From assembly GCA_965197685.1 (NCBI GenBank), contig CBDANP010000006.1, forward strand, positions 621,655 to 685,654: a stretch of 64,000 nucleotides of DNA. Reading direction: 5' to 3'. This DNA comes from Dehalococcoidia bacterium. GTDB taxonomy: Bacteria; Chloroflexota; Dehalococcoidia; Lucifugimonadales; UBA1123. The notes beneath the pieces were generated by a model, which saw only the letters and a program-made list of their open reading frames with translations, was not told the DNA's origin and did not search any database. The translations under genes were made by a program, and so were the position numbers. Below are positions 27,319 through 35,302 of this stretch, piece after piece (the stretch's first letter is position 1; each line of letters starts with the position of its first letter).

Positions 27319-28534
27319 TGTAATCGTCCCATAGTCGGTGGGAAGGGAAAATGACGGGAAATCCTGATAAGGTTTTGAGTAGTAATGAAGCCAAAACCCA
27401 GGAGTTCCCGCCGATGACCAGAGTACGATTCACACTGCCACAGGTCAAGGAGTATCCGGATACTCGTCCGTCATCGTGTCCACACTGCGAAGGAGTGATA
27501 CTCCATCGGCACGGCTTGGTCGAAAAGACCATCAAGGACCTCTACGTCAGCCGCGTAACTGCAATCAGATACCTGTGCGTCGAATGCGGCAGGACATTCA
27601 GACATTACCCGGATGGTGTGGACGGCCACGTTCAGAGCAAGAGGCTGAGAGGACTGGCGTCTCTGAGTTGGGCGTTGGGATTGTCCCATCGTTCGGTCAG
27701 CCACATTCTGAGAGCGCTGGGCTGTGAGTTGTCTCGAATGAGCAGTTGGAGAGACGTTCAGGAAGCGGGTTCGAATGCTGTGGGCAGATTGCTCGGCAGG
27801 ATGCGTGGAAGGGTGTCAGTGATGGGGGCGGACGAGACTGTGATCAAGGTGAGAGGAAACAGGGCAGTGGTGGGGTTCGTTGCGGATGCCAGAACCGGCA
27901 GGCTTGTGGGAATTGACATACTGTTGGAAAGAGACAGCGCGGGGTTTGTGAGGTGGTTGAAGGGTTATGTGAGTGGGTTGGGAGTGAGAGTGATAGTGAG
28001 CGATGACCTGTCCACGTACAAGCCGGTGGTCGAACGACTCGGAGTGGAACACCAGGTGTGTCTGGCTCATGTGAGAAAGAACGTGTCCAACAGACTGGAT
28101 GAGATAAAGGGCTGGGACAGATACAAGGAGAGGATATGGGGGATGCTGAATGAGTTGCCGGAGTCGGGAGGCAGGGAACTGTTGGGTATGGAGCGATACG
28201 TGAGAGGCGAGCCGAAGCTGAGAAGGCTGGTGGTGGACTTATGCGGCAAGTGGAGGAGCCTGTTATGTCACAGACGTGAGAGAGGAGTCCCAAGCACGAA
28301 CAATTGCACGGAACGAGTGATAGGAAGGAGCAAGATCAGATACAAGACGATCAGGGGATACAAGAGTATGGATGGAATGATGAACGGACTTGGACTGACC
28401 CAATGGGCATGGAGCGGTGAGGAAGGTCTTGAGGTGGGTGAGTTGGTCGGCGCGTAGGGCATAGGGTCTGAGTGAGGGACGATGTCCCTCTCGAACTCCG
28501 TCTGAGATTCCCCACCGCCTGTGGGACGGTTACA
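27319..28534 (+). mobile_element. insertion sequence with about 26-bp imperfect inverted repeats (IS6-like transposase layout; family tentative)
   Basis: Left repeat TGTAATCGTCCCATAGTCGGTGGGAA (27319-27344) against the reverse complement of 28508-28534 (TGTAACCGTCCCACAGGCGGTGGGGAA). No direct target duplication is visible in the flanks. Confidence 0.7.
27351..28457 (+). CDS. DDE transposase with an N-terminal zinc ribbon (IS6/IS26-like D..D..NxxE layout)
   Basis: CPHCEG...CVECG zinc ribbon. GADETVIKVRGNRAVVGFVADARTG compares with IS26 HMDETYVKVNGRWAYLYRAVD. IVSDDLSTYKP and TNNCTERVIGRSKIRYKTIRGYKSMDG compare with IS26 NNVIECDHGKLKRIIGATLGFKSM. Confidence 0.7.
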   Translation: MTGNPDKVLSSNEAKTQEFPPMTRVRFTLPQVKEYPDTRPSSCPHCEGVILHRHGLVEKTIKDLYVSRVTAIRYLCVECGRTFRHYPDGVDGHVQSKRLRGLASLSWALGLSHRSVSHILRALGCELSRMSSWRDVQEAGSNAVGRLLGRMRGRVSVMGADETVIKVRGNRAVVGFVADARTGRLVGIDILLERDSAGFVRWLKGYVSGLGVRVIVSDDLSTYKPVVERLGVEHQVCLAHVRKNVSNRLDEIKGWDRYKERIWGMLNELPESGGRELLGMERYVRGEPKLRRLVVDLCGKWRSLLCHRRERGVPSTNNCTERVIGRSKIRYKTIRGYKSMDGMMNGLGLTQWAWSGEEGLEVGELVGA

Positions 28535-28659
28535 ACATAGTAGAGTTATATCTTCCTGAAGAAGAAAAGGATAAGCTCGACGCAACTTTGCGGGAATCTG
28601 GACTGGAACTTCCCGATAAGGTCGAAATAGTCATATCGGCGCTCCCCGAGCCCGCGTAG
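28535..28659 (+). pseudogene. C-terminal gene fragment abutting the IS right end
   Basis: An open frame from the IS boundary reads ...ELYLPEEEKDKLDATLRESGLELPDKVEIVISALPEPA*. Its last 13 codons are repeated at 29545-29583. Confidence 0.3.
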
Positions 28660-28695
28660 ATAGCTTATGCGGAACATACTGACAGCCGTTGCGAG
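28621..28695 (+). repeat. 75-bp direct repeat, copy 1
   Basis: 71 of 75 nt are identical to 29545-29619. It spans the end of one reading frame (VEIVISALPEPA*) and the start MRNILTA of the next. Confidence 0.85.
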
Positions 28696-29182
28696 AAAAT
28701 CCAAAGATATTCCCATCCGTTTTGAGGTGGCCTCTTACTGTATCCATTTCGGCCTGCTGTTGCTGGTCTTCTACGCCTTGGGGCCAAGCCCACTGATCAA
28801 CGGCGTCGGTACGGGTGTGGTGTCCAGTATGGCTGGATATATAGACTGGTTGACGCTGTCTATTCACGATGGAAGCATCGGCTTCCGCAGGGCGGCATGG
28901 CTGACAATAGGCGTGCCTCTGACTCTGGTCGCGGTCGGCCTGCCCGCGGCGATTGTCATAGGACAGACGGAATTCACGCCCAAGGTTCAGTCCGCGCTGT
29001 TCGCGCCTTGGTGGGTCATGTTCTTCAGTGTGATGTTCTGGAATATGACGCGCGGGACAAAGAAGACAATTTTTCAGCAACGCCCTCTGTGGATGAGGAC
29101 GCTGCTGATAGCGCTGATATTCGTAATGGGCGTGTTGACTTTGACGTTGTTAACGGTTGTCTTCACACCGTCGTCCTTGTAA
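28667..29182 (+). CDS. hypothetical integral membrane protein
   Basis: 171 aa with 4-5 hydrophobic helices (HFGLLLLVFYAL, AAWLTIGVPLTLVAVGL, APWWVMFFSVMFW, LLIALIFVMGVLTLTLLTVVF). No family was recognised. Confidence 0.45.
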   Translation: MRNILTAVARKSKDIPIRFEVASYCIHFGLLLLVFYALGPSPLINGVGTGVVSSMAGYIDWLTLSIHDGSIGFRRAAWLTIGVPLTLVAVGLPAAIVIGQTEFTPKVQSALFAPWWVMFFSVMFWNMTRGTKKTIFQQRPLWMRTLLIALIFVMGVLTLTLLTVVFTPSSL

Positions 29183-29513
29183 CTTTCAGGCGCGGGCGCG
29201 CCCACTATCCTCACCGACTTCGGCCTGTCGCCCTCCATATCCTCATCCTCCAGGGGTGGCGTTGGCCCTGACAGCGTGTGGCGGACAGGGACAGCGGATC
29301 GAGGAGAGTCCGCCAAGCTCGACGGTCACGTCACCGACGCCGACTTCGGAACCGAGATTTGTGCCATCCCCAGTGGTTGTTGCCACTCCTCCGGTCAGTG
29401 ATGCGTTACTCAGGGATGCGCAGTCGTATGCAGCCGACACTGGGGTTGACCTGGACGAAGCGGTACGACGCCTGAAGGCCCAGGAGCTGTTGGTATGTTG
29501 GGGTCAAAATTGA
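29157..29513 (+). pseudogene. probable N-terminal fragment of a secreted/lipoprotein gene
   Basis: A lipobox-like LALTACGG (Cys near 29277) has no proper hydrophobic signal before it. A Pro/Thr/Ser linker follows, then DALLRDAQSYAADTGVDLDEAVRRLKAQE (reminiscent of protease pro-regions), and the frame ends abruptly. Confidence 0.3.
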
Positions 29514-29544
29514 GGGAGAATGAGCGGGCCACGTTCGAGAGGCT

Positions 29545-29619
29545 GTCGAAATAGTCATATCGGCACTCCCTGAGCCCGCGTAGATAACTTATGCGGAACA
29601 TACTGACAGCCTTTGCGAG
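29545..29619 (+). repeat. 75-bp direct repeat, copy 2
   Basis: See 28621-28695. Here the MRNILTA... frame diverges after the repeat and closes after about 30 codons. Confidence 0.85.
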
Positions 29620-29645
29620 TCATCCCAGATACGCGCCAGACACTG

Positions 29646-30044
29646 CTAACGTCGAGCGTCTATCCGAGATAGTTGCCCGGACCAGTTAAGTATTCTTTCG
29701 TCAGCCGTCACCAGTTGATGACCTTGCAAAGCGGTAGCGACGATGAGACGGTCGGCAGGGTCGCCGTGCATATCTGCCAGAAGGCCAGCGCGCGCAGCTA
29801 TTCTGCCATCCACCGGGATCTCAAGCAATCCCCGATTCTGAAGTTCGGACCGCCATACATCAAGGTCAATCCGCAAGTCGAGTTGACCTTTTTGAATACG
29901 CATACCGACTTCCCAGAAGGATATGGCTGAGATTGCGGCGTCATTATCTCGCTGTGCTCGTTCAATCGCAAGGCGTGCCCGAGACCCTAGCCTGGAATCA
30001 CCTGACCGCAGCCATATAATGACGTGAGTGTCCAGGAGAATCAG
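29646..30044 (-). CDS. vapC: PIN-domain toxin (VapC-like), probable CTG start
   Basis: The listed ORF (29646-29903) begins mid-domain. Upstream in frame, with no stop, lies LILLDTHVIIWLRSGDSRLGSRARLAIERAQRDNDAAISAISFWEVG, which contains the first Asp and the Glu of the PIN fold. There is no ATG/GTG/TTG there. CTG 30044-30042 overlaps the antitoxin stop by 4 nt. Confidence 0.7.
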   Translation of the reverse strand: MILLDTHVIIWLRSGDSRLGSRARLAIERAQRDNDAAISAISFWEVGMRIQKGQLDLRIDLDVWRSELQNRGLLEIPVDGRIAARAGLLADMHGDPADRLIVATALQGHQLVTADERILNWSGQLSRIDARR

Positions 30045-30322
30045 AGCAAAGTATCCTTCGCGCTATGGCCATCATCGAACCACTCTGCGGGCATGGGGGA
30101 TACGATGTCGCCGAGAACCCGAATCTTGTCGCGGTCAAGGCCAAAAGAGTCCCCAGGCATTTCCCTGTAAGGCACCAGCCGTGATACAGGGCGGCCATTT
30201 TTAGTTATCACAATCTCCGCGCCGGTCTCCGCCACCTCGTCCATGAGTTTCAGGCACTTGGCCTTGAACTCGGACGCCTTGATTGTCCGTGCGGCGGCTG
30301 GTTCATGGTCATCGGCTTTCAC
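30041..30322 (-). CDS. Phd/YefM-type antitoxin
   Basis: IKASEFKAKCLKLMDEVAETGAEIVITKNGRPVSRLVPY is typical Phd/YefM. The tail is LGDIVSPMPAEW. It sits immediately upstream of the PIN gene. Confidence 0.85.
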   Translation of the reverse strand: MKADDHEPAAARTIKASEFKAKCLKLMDEVAETGAEIVITKNGRPVSRLVPYREMPGDSFGLDRDKIRVLGDIVSPMPAEWFDDGHSAKDTLL

Positions 30323-30367
30323 AGCGTCATCCTTTGGTTTTGCGTACGAGTGGAATTATACACAAGC

Positions 30368-30928
30368 TCAGGAGCGCAGCGGCCCGCGGAAGGGGCTGCT
30401 GATGTACTCGCCCAGCTTCAGCGAGCGCAGAACATCGTCCCAGACGCGGCGCACCTTGGTCGCGTCCTCGCTCCAGTAGTCCATCGTTATCAGCGTCTGG
30501 ATGCCGTTCCCGCGCGCGAGGCAGATGCGCGAGTGCGCCTTACGGTTCTCCTTCGGATCTATGAAGTCAACTTCCAGCCACTCCGCTTCCAGATTCGGAC
30601 GCTGGATGCGGAGATTGTTCCCGCGCCGCGTGATGCCCCTTTCGTCCGATGCCAGAACCGCGTCCTCTATCAGGCTGGACAGCGGCAGTTCGCTCCAGTC
30701 CCCCCTGATCGGCGGCAGGTGGATTACCGAGCACTCCAGCCGTATATTGTCGTCCGGCTCCGCCTTGTCGAAGATCCTGATGGAGTGATCTCCGGGGGAA
30801 ACGACCCACTTGCCCGGAAACTCGAACTGCACCGCGCCCCTGTCCGCCACGAATATCTGGTTTCCTTTTCTGGCCTGCCACCTGTGCGTGTCGGGCAGGT
30901 TGAAAGCGCGTTTTTCCCACTTCGGCAT
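30368..30928 (-). CDS. hypothetical protein
   Basis: 186-aa ORF with coding-like composition and no motif I recognise. It lies between the TPP enzyme gene and the TA pair. Confidence 0.5.
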   Translation of the reverse strand: MPKWEKRAFNLPDTHRWQARKGNQIFVADRGAVQFEFPGKWVVSPGDHSIRIFDKAEPDDNIRLECSVIHLPPIRGDWSELPLSSLIEDAVLASDERGITRRGNNLRIQRPNLEAEWLEVDFIDPKENRKAHSRICLARGNGIQTLITMDYWSEDATKVRRVWDDVLRSLKLGEYISSPFRGPLRS

Positions 30929-30946
30929 TGCGAACCGGCTCCCTTC

Positions 30947-32683
30947 TTACTCCACGAACCTGAACTGCTGCGCCGGGCGTCCGCCCGCTGGCAGGCCCAT
31001 GGGCATATGCGCGTTGATCAGGAACGGACGCCGCTCGTTTTCGACGATTCGCAGGCCCTCGGCTATCGTTTCCGCCGCCTTGGACTCGTCGGTCAGGTCT
31101 CGCGCCTCCATTCCGAAGCCCTCGGCTATCCTGGACGGGTCCATGCCGGTGAGCGCGACGCCGCCGTAGTCGCCCGACTCGCGCATATGGGCGTCCGCTC
31201 GTCCGAACGCGCCCGCGACTATCCCGTATGCCTCGTTGTTCGTAATCAGGTACAGCAGCGGGATGCGGTGGTGGACGGCTGTCCACAGGCCGCTGTCGGC
31301 GTAGTAGAGCGAGCCGTCGCCCACGAGTCCGACGACGGGCTTGTCCGGCGCGGCGAGCTTCGCGCCTATCGGCGCTCCGACTCCGTAGCCCTCGGAGCCG
31401 CCCGCGGGCCGGAGGTACATATTGTTGCCCGGGCCGTTCTCGCCGCCCACGACGTCCTGCGGCACCGCGAACTGCTCGGTAGTTACTATGCCGCCGCCCA
31501 GCCGTTCGAGTTCGGTGTCCAGCGCCTCGATGATCTGCAATGCTCGAACGCGCCCCTCCTGAGCGGGCTGCGCCTGGAGAGCGGCGCGGCGTTCGTCTCT
31601 CAGGGCGGACGCGCTCTCACGCGCCCACTGCCTACGGTCATCGTAGCGTTCGGGCGTCGTTTCACTCTGCACGAGCACGGCCAGCCGCTCCATCGCGCGG
31701 CGTTCGTCCGCGAGTATGGCCAGGTCGAGGCCGGGCATATTCTTCAGGTTCTCCACGTCCGCGCCTATGGCGATGAGCCTGGCATTGCCCCCGAACCCGT
31801 CGTAGTCGGACGCCGCGCCGGCCCCGCCGTGCCGCGAGCCTATGGCCAGGATGAGGTCGGGTTGCAGCGTGTCGGCGGCGCGTGGGAAGTAGCCCGCGTG
31901 CTGGGGGTGCTTGATAGGCACGCCGCGCAGATCGTTCATGCCCGTGGACACCGCCGCGCCGAACCGCTCCGCTATCTGCGTCACGGCGGACTCCGCGCCG
32001 CTCTTCCAGATGCCGTCTCCGGCGTATATGAGCGGACGTTCCGCCTCGTGCAGCGCGAGCGCGACTCGCTCCATGTCGTCGTCGGACGGATAGCCCGCCC
32101 TGACCTGCGGTATCCCGCCCTCGATTATCTCGGTATCGAGCGGCGCGGAGCCAAGCATACTGTCGTAAACGGCCAAGTGAACCGGCCCGACGGGGGGAGT
32201 GGAAGCGACCCTTATCGCCCGCTCGATGGCGGCGGGCAGACCCTCCGGCTCCACGACCGTCCAGTTCTCCTTCGTCATAGGCGCGGCGATGGACGTGGGA
32301 CCGAAGCTGTGGCTGAGGTCGAGGCTTATCCTGTCCGCGAAGCTGCCTGTGTCCCCGGCGAAGGTTATCACCACGACCGGAAGGCCGCCCCACCAGACGT
32401 TGATAAGCTGTCCCATGCTCTGCGCGAGTCCGGCGCCGAGATGCACGACCATCACGCCGGGGTCGGTGTTGACCTGCGTGTATCCGCCCGCCATGGCGGT
32501 CACGCTGCCCTCGTGCAGTCCCAGGATGCCGTGAATGTCCGGGTGCGCGTGCAGCGTGTCGAAGAACAGCGCCTCGCGGGAGCCGGAGTTGTTGAATACA
32601 TACTTGACGCCGGACGCCGCCAACTGCTCGACTATTATCTGGGACGCATGGCCCCTAATCGCTCGTTTCTCCACCTCGGACAC
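30947..32683 (-). CDS. thiamine-pyrophosphate-dependent enzyme (acetolactate synthase large subunit / benzoylformate decarboxylase-like)
   Basis: N-terminal TPP-pyrimidine domain (LHEGSVTAMAGGY) and C-terminal GDGSLYY...NNEAYG TPP-binding motif. Length 578 aa. Confidence 0.85.
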   Translation of the reverse strand: MSEVEKRAIRGHASQIIVEQLAASGVKYVFNNSGSREALFFDTLHAHPDIHGILGLHEGSVTAMAGGYTQVNTDPGVMVVHLGAGLAQSMGQLINVWWGGLPVVVITFAGDTGSFADRISLDLSHSFGPTSIAAPMTKENWTVVEPEGLPAAIERAIRVASTPPVGPVHLAVYDSMLGSAPLDTEIIEGGIPQVRAGYPSDDDMERVALALHEAERPLIYAGDGIWKSGAESAVTQIAERFGAAVSTGMNDLRGVPIKHPQHAGYFPRAADTLQPDLILAIGSRHGGAGAASDYDGFGGNARLIAIGADVENLKNMPGLDLAILADERRAMERLAVLVQSETTPERYDDRRQWARESASALRDERRAALQAQPAQEGRVRALQIIEALDTELERLGGGIVTTEQFAVPQDVVGGENGPGNNMYLRPAGGSEGYGVGAPIGAKLAAPDKPVVGLVGDGSLYYADSGLWTAVHHRIPLLYLITNNEAYGIVAGAFGRADAHMRESGDYGGVALTGMDPSRIAEGFGMEARDLTDESKAAETIAEGLRIVENERRPFLINAHMPMGLPAGGRPAQQFRFVE

Positions 32684-32985
32684 TCCTCAAAGACTCTAAT
32701 GTCTGCCGCCTGTGCCGACATTCTATCCCCTGGAGCATATTCGCGCCACAGGGCAGAGTATCCCAGAAAGCCGCAAAAAGCCCACGCCCGCCATACAGTC
32801 TTCACGGCGCTGAAATATATGAAACATACCCCCGGTTCGACCCGATTACCCAAGTTGACTACCGACTTTGGAAAGTCCTACCCATCCCGAATTCCGAACT
32901 TGCCGCAAGGTATCGGTCTAATGTAGAGTATCTTTAGGATTATTGCTTGGTTTGGGTCGCGCAGTTTGAGCGGTCTGAACGCTGT

Positions 32986-33078
32986 GGACAGGTGGCCGAG
33001 CGGCTGAAGGCGCGCCCCTGCTAAGGGCGTAGGGTCTTAGAAAGGCCCTCGTGGGTTCGAATCCCACCCTGTCCGCCA
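32986..33078 (+). tRNA. tRNA-Ser (anticodon GCT), CCA encoded
   Basis: Acceptor stem GGACAGG/CCTGTCC, anticodon stem-loop CGCCC-CTGCTAA-GGGCG, a long variable arm (AGGGTCTTAGAAAGGCCCT), T arm GTGGG-TTCGAAT-CCCAC, discriminator G and CCA. Confidence 0.9.
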
Positions 33079-33176
33079 CAAACTCCCCAGTGTATGGACA
33101 CAAGTGTCATAGTGGAACCTGGAATTCCCAATTGCCGCCGCGCCGCAAACGACCCGATGCGCGGTGTGGGCAGATA

Positions 33177-34232
33177 ATGAAAAAAGGCGTTCTCGAAAAA
33201 TACAGGGCATATCTGCCGGTGACGGACGATACACCCATGTTCTCTCTGGGAGAGGGGGATACGCCTCTTGTGAAGTCCAGGGCGGTCGGGGAGATGGTCG
33301 GGTGCGATGAGCTGTACTTCAAGCTGGAGGGCTGCAACCCCACGGGTTCGTTCAAGGATCGCGGGATGGTGGTCGCGGTGGCCAAGGCCCTCGAGGCGGG
33401 CGGGCGGAGCATCGCCTGTGCGTCCACCGGCAATACCAGCGCATCCGCAGCCGCATACGGCGCGTACATGGGCATTCCCACGACTGTCATAGTGCCGAAG
33501 GGCAACGTGTCCAGGGGAAAGTTGGCGCAGGCCATCGCATACGGCGCGCGAATCATGCTGATACAGGGCAGTTTCGACCACGCGCTCGAACTCGTCCGCG
33601 AACTGACCGCCAGGAATCCGATAATTCTGGTCAACTCGGTCAACCCGCACCGCATACAGGGACAGAAGACGGCGGCGTTCGAGATCGTCGAAGACCTCGG
33701 CTCCGCTCCCGATTTCGTCTTCATACCCGTCGGAAACGCGGGCAACATTACTGCATACTGGCAGGGCTTTCAGGAGGCGTTTGGCGCGGAGTGGACTTCC
33801 GTCCGCCCGCGCATGATGGGCTTTCAGGCGCAGGGCGCCGCCCCGATAGTGCGCGGAGACGTCGTTCCCGAGCCTGAGACAATCGCATCCGCAATTCGTA
33901 TCGGTAATCCCGCGAGCTGGCACGCCGCTATCAACGCGCGCGACCAGTCGGGCGGGACGATAGACATGGTTTCGGACGAGGATATTCTCGACGCCTACAA
34001 GCTGATGGCGGGCAAGGAAGGCATATTCTGCGAACCCGCGTCCGCCGCCTGCGTGGCCGGACTGCTCAAACACGCCGAGTCCGGTCTGGACCTTGAGGGA
34101 AAGCGCGTAGTCTGCATAATTACCGGCTCCGGCCTGAAAGACCCAGACCTCGCCAACGAAATCGAGCCTGAGTGGATGGAAGAGTATCCCCCCGACGTAT
34201 CAGCCGTCGAACAGGCGCTCTCGTTGGGTTAA
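33177..34232 (+). CDS. thrC: threonine synthase
   Basis: FKLEGCNPTGSFKDRG (PLP lysine) and PVGNAGNITAY. The start is set at ATG 33177 (MKKGVLEKYR...) because the longer listed ORF would overlap the tRNA. Confidence 0.92.
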   Translation: MKKGVLEKYRAYLPVTDDTPMFSLGEGDTPLVKSRAVGEMVGCDELYFKLEGCNPTGSFKDRGMVVAVAKALEAGGRSIACASTGNTSASAAAYGAYMGIPTTVIVPKGNVSRGKLAQAIAYGARIMLIQGSFDHALELVRELTARNPIILVNSVNPHRIQGQKTAAFEIVEDLGSAPDFVFIPVGNAGNITAYWQGFQEAFGAEWTSVRPRMMGFQAQGAAPIVRGDVVPEPETIASAIRIGNPASWHAAINARDQSGGTIDMVSDEDILDAYKLMAGKEGIFCEPASAACVAGLLKHAESGLDLEGKRVVCIITGSGLKDPDLANEIEPEWMEEYPPDVSAVEQALSLG

Positions 34233-34246
34233 GGGAGCTTTAGAAG

Positions 34247-35227
34247 ATGACGGTTTCGGTTCGACAGGAAAGTTTCGACTCCATCTGGGAGCAGTGGGAG
34301 AAGATACTCCCCGCCTCCGCGACCAACACGCTCTTTGTGACCCCCTGGTGGCACAAGACCTGGTGGGACAACTTCGGCGAGAGCGGCGACTCCCTCATCC
34401 TGTCGGTGAGCGACGACAGTGAACTTCTGGGAATTGCCCCCCTGATGACAGGGTGTAACGGCGCGCTCACGTTCCTCGGCGACAGTGACCTGTCGGACTA
34501 TTTCGACTTCGTGGTTCCGCGCGACGGCGAAGCGCGGTTCTATCCTGCGCTGCTTGAATACCTGTCGGAGCTGGACTGGGCAACATTGGACCTTCCCTCG
34601 CTGCCCAGCGGATCGCCAACCCTGAAATATATCCCCGATCTCGCCAAAGCGATGGGGTGGAAGGTTTCGCTGGAAGAGGAGGAGACCACTCCAAAGACGA
34701 AACTGCCCGATACGTGGGACGAATTCCTGTCAGGACTCAGAAAGAAAGACCGGCACGAACTCAGGCGCAAGCTGCGCAGGCTGGACCGTGAGAGCGACAA
34801 CCGCCAGTACGCGGCTGACAATGATGGTTCGCTCGGCGACTCCATGCGAGAATTCTTCACGCTGCTGCGAGCCAGCCGCCAGGACAAAAACGAGTTCCTG
34901 ACTCCCGACAGGGAGCGGTTCTTCCTGGATATGGCCCGTGAATTGGCAAGTCGAGACCAGTTCAGGCTATACTTCCTTGAAGTTGATGGCGAGAGGGTTG
35001 CCGCGTGCATCTGCTTCGATTATGGCGGCGACTTCCTCCTGTACAACAGCGGCTACGAGCCTGGCTATTCGAGACTCAGCGTGGGACTGATAAACAAGGC
35101 GCTGAGCATTCGGACGGCAATCGAGGAGGACCGCAAGGTGTTCAACTTCCTCAAGGGCAACGAAAGATACAAGTACAATCTGGGCGGCACGGATGAGGCG
35201 GTATTCCATATGCGGGTGACGCGCTGA
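34247..35227 (+). CDS. GNAT-superfamily acetyltransferase (CelD/BioF2-like, Acetyltransf_6 type)
   Basis: 326 aa. The C-terminal FRLYFLEVDGERVAACICFDYGGDFLLYNSGYEP...FNFLKGNERYKYNLG is typical of this family. Confidence 0.7.
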   Translation: MTVSVRQESFDSIWEQWEKILPASATNTLFVTPWWHKTWWDNFGESGDSLILSVSDDSELLGIAPLMTGCNGALTFLGDSDLSDYFDFVVPRDGEARFYPALLEYLSELDWATLDLPSLPSGSPTLKYIPDLAKAMGWKVSLEEEETTPKTKLPDTWDEFLSGLRKKDRHELRRKLRRLDRESDNRQYAADNDGSLGDSMREFFTLLRASRQDKNEFLTPDRERFFLDMARELASRDQFRLYFLEVDGERVAACICFDYGGDFLLYNSGYEPGYSRLSVGLINKALSIRTAIEEDRKVFNFLKGNERYKYNLGGTDEAVFHMRVTR

Positions 35228-35302
35228 GCGAGCGCGAGCCGCAAACGGAACATCGCCGAGCGCGTGAGGCGAGTAAGTGGTGGGCCGCGCTTTTAGTCGG
35301 AG

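Noticed and set aside
30305-32926. Very long ORFs on the strand opposite to well-supported genes. Examples: 30305-32926 (873 aa), 7232-8611, 12060-13373, 5224-6378, 33021-34073, 34967-36460, 37839-38984, 51110-52141, 58387-59370, 60751-61848, 24650-25609.
   Set aside because: Their translations are Arg/Ala/Gly/Val/His-rich low-complexity strings with no motifs. The opposite strand carries unmistakable family signatures (TPP enzyme, DUF1800, gyrA, NHL, thrC, GT4, CrtI-like, SBP and others). These are typical shadow ORFs of GC-rich DNA.
32986-33078. tRNA-Ser as the attachment site of the accessory island.
   Set aside because: No integrase gene is present. I could find no direct repeat of the tRNA 3' end. 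The island lies on the 5' side, 2 kb away, with a core TPP enzyme gene in between.
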